64,000 nucleotides of DNA from an uncultured Acidimicrobiales bacterium (GTDB lineage Bacteria; Actinomycetota; Acidimicrobiia; Acidimicrobiales; SZUA-35): assembly GCA_963803845.1 (NCBI GenBank), contig CAWDNZ010000004.1:962572-1026571 (forward strand), read 5' to 3'. The stretch's first letter is position 1. Every line of letters starts with the position of its first letter. Positions 18,294 through 26,626 of the stretch are shown piece by piece. Both the position numbers and the translations under genes were made by a program. The notes below the pieces were generated by a model. That model made no database searches. It was not told the origin of the DNA and worked only from the letters and a program-made list of their open reading frames with translations.

Positions 18294-19333
18294 CAGAGTG
18301 GCGGTGGGTGGAGCGTTACGCCCAGCAGTTTCGGGCCTGTGAGGTAGCGGCTGGCGATGTTGCCGTGGTGCTTTCGGAAACCACCAGCCGTCCGATCATC
18401 GTGGAGACCGCTCGTCTGGCCCTCGAGAGCCTCGGCGTCGCCGCCGTCCACGTGGCTGTTCCCACACCGCCCAATCCTGGTCCCGTGCCGATCCGATCCA
18501 CTGGGGCTTCGCAGGCCCTTGCTGGTCACCCGGCTGCCCTCGCTGCGCTCAGCACCGCCAGTTTCATCGTGGACTGCACCGTGGAGGGTTTGCTTCATGC
18601 CCCGGAGCTGGGCGCCATCTTGGCCGGCGGTGCCCGGGTGCTGATGATCTCCAACGAGCATCCGGAAAACACCGAGCGGTGGCCGCACGATCCCTCGCTT
18701 GCCCACCGGGTGGCTGATGGGCTCGCTCGGTTGGAGGCGGCCTCTACCATGCGGGTTGCCTCGGCTGCTGGCACCGACCTGACGATCAGGTTGACTGGAT
18801 CGTTTCGAACCGGATCGCATGGCTGGTGCAACGAGCCTGGGTCTATCGCCCACTGGCCGGGCGGACTTGTTCTGGCGTTCCCGGCCGAGGGTTCGGTGAA
18901 CGGCACCCTGGTTCTCGCGCCCGGTGATGTGAACCTCACCTTCAAGGAGTACCTACGGGAGACCGTGACGCTTACGATCGTGGCGGACTTCATCACCAAC
19001 ATCGAGGGCGACGGCGTTGACGCCGAGCTGTTCCGCTCCTATCTCGCGGCGTTCGGTGAGCCCGAGGCCTATGCCGTGAGCCACGTTGGCTGGGGCATGA
19101 ACACCGCAGCACGTTGGGACGCCATGGCCCTGTGGGACAAGGCCGATTTCAACGGGACCGAACTCCGGGCCTTCGCCGGCAACTTCCTGTACTCCACTGG
19201 CGCAAACGAAGTGGCCGGCCGGTTCTGCCGGGGCCATTTCGATTTGCCGATGCGAAACTGCACCGTTTCGTTGGACGGCGCGCCCATGGTAGTAGAAGGT
19301 GAACTGATCCCGGAGCTGCGTCCGGAGCCGTGA
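18290..19333 (+). CDS. NicX-like protein (2,5-dihydroxypyridine 5,6-dioxygenase / aminopeptidase-T fold family)
   Basis: C-terminal blocks SHVGWGMN, FAGNFLYSTGAN and GHFDLPMRNCTV resemble my recollection of NicX. Start could be 18242, 18257 or 18290 (all in frame). Confidence 0.65.
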   Translation: MTEWRWVERYAQQFRACEVAAGDVAVVLSETTSRPIIVETARLALESLGVAAVHVAVPTPPNPGPVPIRSTGASQALAGHPAALAALSTASFIVDCTVEGLLHAPELGAILAGGARVLMISNEHPENTERWPHDPSLAHRVADGLARLEAASTMRVASAAGTDLTIRLTGSFRTGSHGWCNEPGSIAHWPGGLVLAFPAEGSVNGTLVLAPGDVNLTFKEYLRETVTLTIVADFITNIEGDGVDAELFRSYLAAFGEPEAYAVSHVGWGMNTAARWDAMALWDKADFNGTELRAFAGNFLYSTGANEVAGRFCRGHFDLPMRNCTVSLDGAPMVVEGELIPELRPEP

Positions 19334-19358
19334 ACGAGGAGAGAGCTGGAAGCGTGCG

Positions 19359-20684
19359 ATGACCTTTGATCTGAATGACTACCAACGTGTTCGGGTGCTG
19401 TTCCCCGATCAGTTGGGTTTGGCCCGTGGCAAATACTTGATGCCGCATCTGGCCGAGCGGGGCACCGGCCACTGCGCCACCACCTACGGCCTGTCCTATG
19501 ACCGAAGCATGATTCCGGCGCCGGGCTCATATCTCCTCGAAGGGCTCATTGACCTTGAGTGCAAGCTGGATGCCAGCACACTGCGGCCCGGTTGGGAAGC
19601 GAACCCCACCGCGGTTGCCATTGGTGACCTCACACTTCACGGGGAACCGTTCCCCTATTCAGCTCGGTACGTGCTCCAGCAGGCGATCGCCTGCTGGGGC
19701 GACATGGGCTACTCGGTGAAGATTGGCATCGAAACCGAGGCCTACCTGCTGCAGCAGACCGGCGATGGCAAATGGGATCGTTACCAGAATCCTCGCTCGA
19801 TGGTGTACGGCACGGGGATAGGTAGCGACCCGACCGGCGTGATCGATGCCATCATGCGCACCGCCTTGGACAGCGGCTTTCGGATCGAATCGATCAATGC
19901 TGAGTTCGACGAGTCCCAGTACGAGCTGACGCTTCAATACGACGACGCCTTGAAGGCCACCGACGACATCTTCCTTTTCCGCTTGATGGCGCGCGAGATT
20001 GCTTTGGCCCATGGGCTGGATCTCACCTTCCTGGGCAAACCGTTTCCCGAGATCAGTGGGTCCGGGGTCCACGTGAACATGTCCCTGTGGGACGACAACG
20101 GTAACAACGTGCTGGCCGACAAGTCAGATCCGGACGGCATTTCAGCATTCGCGCGAAACGCCATTGCCGGACTGTGTGCCCACCATCAGGCACTGGTGGC
20201 GGTGACCGCTCCAACGGTGAACGCTTACCGACGGCTGCAACCCGCCCAATTGAGCGGCTACTGGGCCAACTGGGGACTCGACCACCGCTGCGTGGCAACT
20301 CGCGTTCCGCCGGCCCGCGGTGTCGGAACCCGGATCGAGAGCAGGGTGGCCGATGGGGCAGTCAACATTCATCTCGCCGTTGCGGCCGTCCTCACGGCGG
20401 CTCGACTGGGCGTGGTGAACCAACTGCCGTGCCCACCGCCCGAGACAGGTGACGGGTTTGAGGATGTCAACACCGACGTTGCGGCGGCAGCGAACCTCAA
20501 TGAAGCACTGGACCAGTTGGAGGCCGATGCCACGTTTTGCGCCGGAATAAGCCAGCCGTTGATCGACAACTTCGTTGCGAACAAACGAGCCGAATGGCAG
20601 CGGTTCATGGATGCTGAGGGCTCATTCGAGGGCTCCCAGCCCGCCAGCGTTTGGGAGCTCAACGAGTACATGATGTACCACTAG
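19359..20684 (+). CDS. Glutamine synthetase family protein (second gamma-glutamyl ligase-like paralog)
   Basis: GS catalytic blocks (NAEFDESQYELT, SGVHVNMSL, ESRVADGAVNIHL). Confidence 0.8.
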   Translation: MTFDLNDYQRVRVLFPDQLGLARGKYLMPHLAERGTGHCATTYGLSYDRSMIPAPGSYLLEGLIDLECKLDASTLRPGWEANPTAVAIGDLTLHGEPFPYSARYVLQQAIACWGDMGYSVKIGIETEAYLLQQTGDGKWDRYQNPRSMVYGTGIGSDPTGVIDAIMRTALDSGFRIESINAEFDESQYELTLQYDDALKATDDIFLFRLMAREIALAHGLDLTFLGKPFPEISGSGVHVNMSLWDDNGNNVLADKSDPDGISAFARNAIAGLCAHHQALVAVTAPTVNAYRRLQPAQLSGYWANWGLDHRCVATRVPPARGVGTRIESRVADGAVNIHLAVAAVLTAARLGVVNQLPCPPPETGDGFEDVNTDVAAAANLNEALDQLEADATFCAGISQPLIDNFVANKRAEWQRFMDAEGSFEGSQPASVWELNEYMMYH

Positions 20685-20725
20685 GCCGAGAATCCTTTGG
20701 CGGCTCGTGGACCTACAGTGGTGCC

Positions 20726-21235
20726 ATGGCAGAGCAACGACGGTTTCGCATGGGCCGGCTGGACCACGTGCACATCCGAGTACCAAATCGAGCCGAGGCC
20801 GCTGCGTGGTACGCGAAGTACCTCGGTTTCGAACCCGTCAAAGCGTTCGACTTCTGGGCCACCGGGTTTGAGGGTGGCCCGCTTCAAATTTCCGCCGATG
20901 GGGGCGAGACCATGTTGGCGCTGTTTGAAGCGAGCGACGGCCATCCGATGATCCCCCAGGAAACCGGTGTCGCTTTCAGTGTTGACACCGAGACGTTTAT
21001 CTCTTTTGCTCGTTCGCTCCCCGGGCCTATCAACGGCCCAAACGGTGCCCCGCTCGAGGCCAACAATGTGATCGACTTCGACATGTGTTGGGCATTCGAT
21101 CTGGCCGACCCCTGGGGGAACCAGTACGAGCTCAACTGTTACGACTACGAAGGTGTACGACAAGAACTGATCGACCGTGACGGGATTTCGCCGGTGCGCT
21201 ACTGGTCGCGGGAACTCTACGAGGATCACCTTTGA
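20726..21235 (+). CDS. VOC (glyoxalase/bleomycin resistance/dioxygenase) family protein
   Basis: LDHVHIRVPNRAEAAAWYAKYLGFEP; start chosen at the internal ATG 20726. Confidence 0.7.
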   Translation: MAEQRRFRMGRLDHVHIRVPNRAEAAAWYAKYLGFEPVKAFDFWATGFEGGPLQISADGGETMLALFEASDGHPMIPQETGVAFSVDTETFISFARSLPGPINGPNGAPLEANNVIDFDMCWAFDLADPWGNQYELNCYDYEGVRQELIDRDGISPVRYWSRELYEDHL

Positions 21236-21258
21236 CGGATCGATTGACCAGCTAACTG

Positions 21259-21295
21259 CAGTCATTCACGCCCGCTCAGCGGGCACCAATGACTG
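21259..21295. terminator. Long hairpin between convergent genes (possible bidirectional terminator)
   Basis: CAGTCATT-cac-GCCCGC-tca-GCGGGC-acc-AATGACTG, read directly. No clear U-tract. Confidence 0.5.
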
Positions 21296-21300
21296 CGGGT

Positions 21301-22239
21301 TCACGGGGTGAGCGTTTCCACGTACGCCACCATTTGGCGGCAGATGACGGCAAGGTCGCTCACGTTGTCGGTGTGTTGGGAGGGCTTCATGCAGAAGGTC
21401 GTGTAGCCGGCCGCCAGTTGCTCAGGGAAGGTGGTCATGGATTGGCCAACTCCCGCCACGTCGTGCGCCCCGGTGAATCGAGCCCGGGTGCCACCGATCT
21501 TCTCCAACTCGTCCACGCTCCGACCGGCGGCAGCCATGCCGTCGGCCAGACGCGCCAAATCCTCCTCCGATGGCGAACCGAACGGATGGAAACCGTCGCC
21601 ATACCGCACCAGTCGACGGAGCAAATGGTCGTGCATCGACTGGCCACCGAACCACATCTTGGGACGGCCAGGCCGAAAGGGCTTGGGTTCGGAATAGACC
21701 TCGGTGAAGTGGAAGAACTTACCGTGGAAGGTTGCCGGCGATCGTCCCCACAGCAGCATCAGTGCTTCCAGCTGCTCGTCGAGAATGCGGCCCCGCTGAT
21801 CGAACGGGACGCCCAGGGCATCGTATTCGTCCTTGTGCCACGAGACCGTGGGCTGCACGACCAGCCGTCCTTCGGAGAGGCGGTCCAGCGATGCCAGTTC
21901 CTTGGCCATGGCCACGGGATGGCGGAGCGGGGCGATGATGGCTCCCAGAACGATTCGGATGTGGCTGGTTCGGGCGGCGACAGCGGCGGCCATCACGATG
22001 TTGCTGGGCCAGGCCGTCATGGGATCTTGATTGCCGGGGGCGGCGTAGGCGCGAGGGTTCTCCGGTTCACCCAGCGCATTGGCCGAGGGTCCAAGCGCGA
22101 GGTGTTCGGAGAGCATGACTGCGTCGAATCCTTCGTCTTCCGCAATCACGGCCAGATCCACAAGCCCTCGGAGGTCATCACGATCCACGAGCGTGTGGTT
22201 CTCGGTCAGGAGCATGAGCAGCTTGGGAGTGGTGGGCAT
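21301..22239 (-). CDS. LLM-class flavin-dependent oxidoreductase (luciferase-like monooxygenase)
   Basis: MPTTPKLLMLLTENH...AVIAEDEGFDAVMLSEHL. ATG at 22239 lies just after the upstream SDR stop. Confidence 0.8.
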   Translation of the reverse strand: MPTTPKLLMLLTENHTLVDRDDLRGLVDLAVIAEDEGFDAVMLSEHLALGPSANALGEPENPRAYAAPGNQDPMTAWPSNIVMAAAVAARTSHIRIVLGAIIAPLRHPVAMAKELASLDRLSEGRLVVQPTVSWHKDEYDALGVPFDQRGRILDEQLEALMLLWGRSPATFHGKFFHFTEVYSEPKPFRPGRPKMWFGGQSMHDHLLRRLVRYGDGFHPFGSPSEEDLARLADGMAAAGRSVDELEKIGGTRARFTGAHDVAGVGQSMTTFPEQLAAGYTTFCMKPSQHTDNVSDLAVICRQMVAYVETLTP

Positions 22240-22243
22240 CGGT

Positions 22244-23002
22244 CTAGTGGTCGCGCAGGTCGAAGGGGCCAAGTGCGGTGGCCCCGCCGTCCACCAGGAA
22301 ACTGGTTGCGGTGGCATAGCGGCCCACGGGGGCCACGAGGTAGTGGACCAGCCCCGCGATCTCTTCGCCGGTGCCGGGCCGACCCACCATGTTGATGCTC
22401 TTCCTGGCGGTAGACAGTTCCTCCACGGCACCGGCGGCCATCGGTGTATCCACCAGACCGGGGTTCACTTGGTTCACGCGGATGCCGTCTGTTCGCCATT
22501 CCTTGGCCAACGCAATCGTCGCGCCGGCCAGAGCGGCTTTTGTGGCGCCATACACGATGCTTCCGGCTGAGGGTCGAACGGCGTCGACCGAACCGATCAT
22601 CACCACCGCGGCTTCCTCGGCCGCGGCAAGGTGAGGGAAGGCCAGTTGGCACAGCCGAATCGGGGCCCAGAGGTTGAGACTCATCATGTCATCGAAGAAC
22701 ACCCGATCGATGTGGGCGAGCGGTACCCAATCACCCCGGCCGGCGTTGTTCACCAAGATGTCGAGCCCGCCCAGGACTTCCACAGCAGCTTCCACTACCC
22801 CATCCAGCGATGTGGCATCGCTGAGATCGGCTTTCAACGGATGGATGGAGTTGTTCCCCTGGGGGGAAGTGCCAGAGCGGGAGACGGCCACCACCTGAGC
22901 GCCCGCATCGGCCAGCCGCACGGCAATTGCAGCGCCGATGCCGTAGGAGGCGCCGGTCACCAGCGCCCGGCGGCCGGTCAAATCGAATCCCGAATCCGTC
23001 AC
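22244..23002 (-). CDS. SDR family oxidoreductase
   Basis: TGASYGIGAAIA cofactor motif, NNAG, YGATKAAL catalytic motif. Confidence 0.9.
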   Translation of the reverse strand: MTDSGFDLTGRRALVTGASYGIGAAIAVRLADAGAQVVAVSRSGTSPQGNNSIHPLKADLSDATSLDGVVEAAVEVLGGLDILVNNAGRGDWVPLAHIDRVFFDDMMSLNLWAPIRLCQLAFPHLAAAEEAAVVMIGSVDAVRPSAGSIVYGATKAALAGATIALAKEWRTDGIRVNQVNPGLVDTPMAAGAVEELSTARKSINMVGRPGTGEEIAGLVHYLVAPVGRYATATSFLVDGGATALGPFDLRDH

Positions 23003-23005
23003 GAT

Positions 23006-23866
23006 CTACACATCGAACCAGACGTGGGCTTGGCCCGTCCCGGCCACCGATTCGTATTCGCCAAATTGGACGCCTTTCAACCGGCACTCCTTTCCGCCGA
23101 GCGCTCCCAGCATGGTGAGGTAGTGGCCGAACCGGCCTTCGGGCGCATACTTGCGGAACTCGGGAAGGAAGTCGAGAATCCCGGCGTGGTCACCGGACTT
23201 CATCATTGCCAGCACCGCACGATCAGCGGCCGCGGCTTCCGGCGTGCGAAGATGCAGATCGGGGTCGGCCGCTTCGTGATCGCGGAACTGGCGGAGTGGC
23301 CAGAATCGGTGGCTGAGTCCTCCGCTGGCGAGAATCACAACTCTACGGTCCACAGGATTCAGCGCTTCAGCGAGAAGTTGCCCGAAGAGCAGGTAGTCCA
23401 GTTCGTCGCCGGTCTGACAGATGCCGGTAGATATCCAGCGTTCATCACCCTGTAGATACGGAAGCAGGTTGATCGTGGGGTAGTGAACCGGCAGGTAGGG
23501 ATCATCGATTGCTGTCACCCAGGTGTCGGATCGACCGGCGGCGGCGGCCGCCCACGCCTGAGCGAGTTCGGGGTCACCGGGCATGCTGTAGGGGATCTGC
23601 CGCATTCCTCGGGGGAGTTCTTCTGAGGTATAGACGCCGTTGCGATGTTGATGGCTGGTGACGATGTGCTCGATGGTGGTGGCCCAATGCGAATCGATCA
23701 CCACAACCGTGTCGATCTCGAGCTTGTCCATCTTTTCCGAGCGCAGTTGATGAAGACCGGCTACGAGAGTGGTGTCCTCGCCGTTGTTCATAGCTCGGCG
23801 ATCAGCTTCGGGCAGGACGAGCGGCGGCACATGGGACACGAGCGCCGCTCCAACAATCTGGCCCAT
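23006..23866 (-). CDS. Class III extradiol ring-cleavage dioxygenase (LigB family)
   Basis: MGQIVGAALVSHVPPL...VVVIDSHW...LASGGLSH pattern. Confidence 0.75.
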   Translation of the reverse strand: MGQIVGAALVSHVPPLVLPEADRRAMNNGEDTTLVAGLHQLRSEKMDKLEIDTVVVIDSHWATTIEHIVTSHQHRNGVYTSEELPRGMRQIPYSMPGDPELAQAWAAAAAGRSDTWVTAIDDPYLPVHYPTINLLPYLQGDERWISTGICQTGDELDYLLFGQLLAEALNPVDRRVVILASGGLSHRFWPLRQFRDHEAADPDLHLRTPEAAAADRAVLAMMKSGDHAGILDFLPEFRKYAPEGRFGHYLTMLGALGGKECRLKGVQFGEYESVAGTGQAHVWFDV

Positions 23867-25128
23867 CAGGCAACCCGTACCGGGAGGTGCTTGATCCCGG
23901 CGATGAAATTGGACCGCAGGTGCTCGCGCGGGCCGGCCGGTTCAAATCGATCCACTCGTTTCATGAGTTCTTCAAACACCAGTCGTACTTCCATTCGAGC
24001 CAGCCAGGCGCCGAGACAGAGATGTGGCCCGCTTCGCCCAAAGGTCATGTGTTCGTTGTCCTGTCGGGCGAGGTTGTAGGAGAATGGGTCCGGGAAGGCG
24101 TCGGGGTCGTGGTTGGCGGCGTTGTACCAGATGACCACCTTGTCACCGGTTTTTATCTGCTTGCCTCGTATCTCCAGGTCGGTGGTGGCAGTTCGGCGAA
24201 AATGCATGGTGACCGAGCTGGTGCGCAACACCTCTTCTACTGCCGTCGGGGTCAGGTTGGGGTCGGACTTCCACGCATCCCAGAGCGAAGGGTGATTCAT
24301 CAAGCTCCAGAGGGCATGGGTGACCGTGTAGCGGGTGGTGTCGTTGCCGGCCGCTACGAGAAGGGTCATGAAGTTGTTGAATTCAAGGTCCGTGAGATGA
24401 TGTCCGTCCTTGGTGGGCTCCAGCAGTTGAGAGATCACGTCGTCGGTGGGGTTGGCGCGTCGCTCGGCCGCCTTTTCTTGGGCGAATTGGAAGATCTGGA
24501 TGGAGGCCGGGCTCCGGAAGGGCACCATCCGAAACTGTTCGGTATCGGTGAGATCCACCGGGTAATCGGTGAACTCGGGATCGGTGTTGCCCAGGAGGGC
24601 GTCACCCCAGGCCACCATCTTGTGTCCTTCTTCGTCACTGGTGCCGAGCATGCGGCCCAACATTCGCATAGGGAGCTCCTCGGCGATCTGGGTGACGAAG
24701 TCGAACTTGTCGTTGGCCAACGCCTCCTCGATCACCTCGATGGCGATCTGACGGATCTCGGCCTCGTAGGACTCCACCCGGCGGCGGGTGAACCCTTTGC
24801 TGACCAGGCGGCGATAGCGCGTATGTTCTGGCGGATCCAACTCCATCATCGTGCGACGGGCTTCGGTTTCTTCCGGATCCATTTCTTCCAGGCGGATGCC
24901 CTTTGACGAAGTGAACGTCTGGACGTCTCGACTAACCGCAACAGCATCGTCGTAACGAAGGATTGACCAAAAACCGGAGCCGTCTTTCTCTTCGGTCCAG
25001 TGCACCGGATCCTCGGCCCGCAGACGGGCGAAGGTGGCGTGGGGGACACCCGAAACGTAGGTGTCGTGGCTGGTGATGTCGGCATCATCGGGGCCGAGAT
25101 CGAGGAGGTAGTTGGCAACTGCGGTCAC
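23866..25128 (-). CDS. Cytochrome P450 (paralog 3, CYP125/124/142-like)
   Basis: FGRSGPHLCLG, AGNDTT, EEVLR. C-terminal RSNFIAGIKHLPV resembles my recollection of the M. tuberculosis CYP125 C-terminus. Confidence 0.9.
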   Translation of the reverse strand: MTAVANYLLDLGPDDADITSHDTYVSGVPHATFARLRAEDPVHWTEEKDGSGFWSILRYDDAVAVSRDVQTFTSSKGIRLEEMDPEETEARRTMMELDPPEHTRYRRLVSKGFTRRRVESYEAEIRQIAIEVIEEALANDKFDFVTQIAEELPMRMLGRMLGTSDEEGHKMVAWGDALLGNTDPEFTDYPVDLTDTEQFRMVPFRSPASIQIFQFAQEKAAERRANPTDDVISQLLEPTKDGHHLTDLEFNNFMTLLVAAGNDTTRYTVTHALWSLMNHPSLWDAWKSDPNLTPTAVEEVLRTSSVTMHFRRTATTDLEIRGKQIKTGDKVVIWYNAANHDPDAFPDPFSYNLARQDNEHMTFGRSGPHLCLGAWLARMEVRLVFEELMKRVDRFEPAGPREHLRSNFIAGIKHLPVRVA

Positions 25129-25958
25129 TGGTCCTGTCCTCTCAATGCGGCGACCATGGGGTTCGGTGAGGCCCAGACCGTGGTACCGCCGGCCATGGAG
25201 TTTCCGACCTGGCGGTAGTAGCCGCCGATGATCTCTATGTCACGAAAGCGGGTGAGCTCTTCGGTTGGGGAGTTGTGCAACACCAGTTCGGCGTGGCCGC
25301 TGTAGACCGGGCCAAGCTCAACATCGAAGCCTCGCATGGTGACCAGTTCGTCAAGCGAGTCTCGGCCATCCATCTCGATGGCGGGCATTTGCCTGCTATG
25401 CAGCATGGGGTGAGCGTTCACGAAACCGGCCGAGTCGGCGGTACCGGTGATTGTGAAGTTAGCGTCGGCGATTCGTCGGCCGAAGGTGCTGAGGGTGGCC
25501 CCGAATCGTCCACCGGTCTCCAGGCGGGGACCGGCTTTGCCGATCGTGATCGGTCGGGTCATCCAAATCTCCGACATCTTCTTCGGGTAACCCTGGATGT
25601 GGCCGCGGGCCATCGCGAAGTCCTTGTCAACCCAGATGTACGCCGCCCGACTGAAGGTGGCACCCTGATACTGGCAGCGGATGACCACGAAGACCTCTTT
25701 GTATTGCGACCGGGCCGGGTCGAGCAACTCGTCGAAATTGTCGCTGCAGCTCTGCCAGTCCGCCCAGATGATGGCCACGGCGCCCGGGTCGTCATCGGCG
25801 AGTGAGAGCGAAGCGGGCAGCAGTTCGGCCACCCGATCGGGATCGGTTCGGAACTCCACCGTGAGCATCTCGCCGCTGTAGTGCCATGGCGGCGAGGGCA
25901 GAATGCTGGCGGCCCCGGCCGGCGTTCTCGGATACATGAGGCCCTTGAGTTCCGTCAT
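25125..25958 (-). CDS. Acetoacetate decarboxylase (ADC) family protein
   Basis: MTELKGLMYPRTPAGAASILPSPPWHYSGEMLTVEFRTDPDRVAELLP. ATG at 25958; the track ORF from 26315 runs through marR2. Confidence 0.7.
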   Translation of the reverse strand: MTELKGLMYPRTPAGAASILPSPPWHYSGEMLTVEFRTDPDRVAELLPASLSLADDDPGAVAIIWADWQSCSDNFDELLDPARSQYKEVFVVIRCQYQGATFSRAAYIWVDKDFAMARGHIQGYPKKMSEIWMTRPITIGKAGPRLETGGRFGATLSTFGRRIADANFTITGTADSAGFVNAHPMLHSRQMPAIEMDGRDSLDELVTMRGFDVELGPVYSGHAELVLHNSPTEELTRFRDIEIIGGYYRQVGNSMAGGTTVWASPNPMVAALRGQDQ

Positions 25959-25964
25959 GGACGG

Positions 25965-25994
25965 AGCATAATCGTTTGGTACCAAACGATTCAA
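25965..25994 (-). promoter_or_regulatory. Putative leaderless promoter TTGAAT-N18-TATGCT with a perfect 20-bp palindrome ATCGTTTGGTACCAAACGAT (25971-25990)
   Basis: On the minus strand: TTGAAT (25994-25989), TATGCT (25970-25965), and the ATG 6 nt after the -10 element. Confidence 0.55.
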
Positions 25995-26497
25995 CCGGCG
26001 TTGGTGATCACGATCCGCAGTAGTCGGGCCAATTCCTTTTTCTCCTCCACCGAGAGCCCGGCGGACATCTGCCCCTCGTAGTGATTGAACCGAGGAAAGA
26101 GTTTGGTGATCAGCGCTTGGCCGGCCGCGGTGAGGGTCACCAGCACCCGGCGTTTGTCCGTGGCCACCGACTTGCGCTGCACGAGGCCTTGTTTCTCCAG
26201 TGTGCCCACCATCCCGCTGAGCGTCCCTTTGGCCAGCCCGCACTCGGCCGCCAAGTTCGCCGTCTCCGTTGCCCCCCACACCCACAGCACCCACAAGATG
26301 GTGAAACCGCCCCAACTCAGGTTGTACGCAGAGAGAAGTTCGCGCTCGGCCCGACGGCGGACCCCCGAGGCGGCCCGGTAGATATTGGAGATGGCGTCCA
26401 TAGAGGCGAAATCCAACGGGTGCGAACCCAGGCGGGCCTGAACGTGTCGCTCTGCATCGAGGCGGTGATCTGGTTCGGGGGCTGGTGTTGGGCTCAT
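25991..26497 (-). CDS. MarR family transcriptional regulator (MarR2, paralog of MarR1)
   Basis: Shares ISNIYRAA...LSW.GF..LWVLWVWG...LFPRFN blocks with MarR1. Start set at ATG 26497 so the palindrome at 26549-26562 is intergenic. Confidence 0.8.
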   Translation of the reverse strand: MSPTPAPEPDHRLDAERHVQARLGSHPLDFASMDAISNIYRAASGVRRRAERELLSAYNLSWGGFTILWVLWVWGATETANLAAECGLAKGTLSGMVGTLEKQGLVQRKSVATDKRRVLVTLTAAGQALITKLFPRFNHYEGQMSAGLSVEEKKELARLLRIVITNAG

Positions 26498-26548
26498 CGT
26501 CGAGGCCAAGATAGGCGAGGGCCTGTCTGGCGGTTGTAACCGGAGGTC

Positions 26549-26562
26549 GTTTGGTACCAAAC
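26549..26562. promoter_or_regulatory. Operator-like perfect palindrome GTTTGGTACCAAAC in the marR2 / FAH divergent region
   Basis: Same core as 25974-25987; read directly. Confidence 0.5.
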
Positions 26563-26626
26563 TATCTTCGGCAGCGCCGTTCGATCCGTCTGTCCGCTCT
26601 CGCACCCTTCACGAAAGTCACCGCGC

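Noticed and set aside
21289-22395. 368-aa plus-strand ORF. Others on the plus strand lie at 22631-23455, 23887-24906 and 25275-25805.
   Set aside because: They are antisense to well-supported minus-strand genes (LLM, SDR, LigB, P450-3, ADC-family) and have low-complexity composition.
26531-26568. Attempt to assign -35/-10 elements for the FAH operon and marR2 around the palindrome
   Set aside because: The candidate hexamers (TTGTAA, TATCTT, TTGGTA/TACAAC) have wrong spacing or poor matches. Only the operator-like palindrome is reported.
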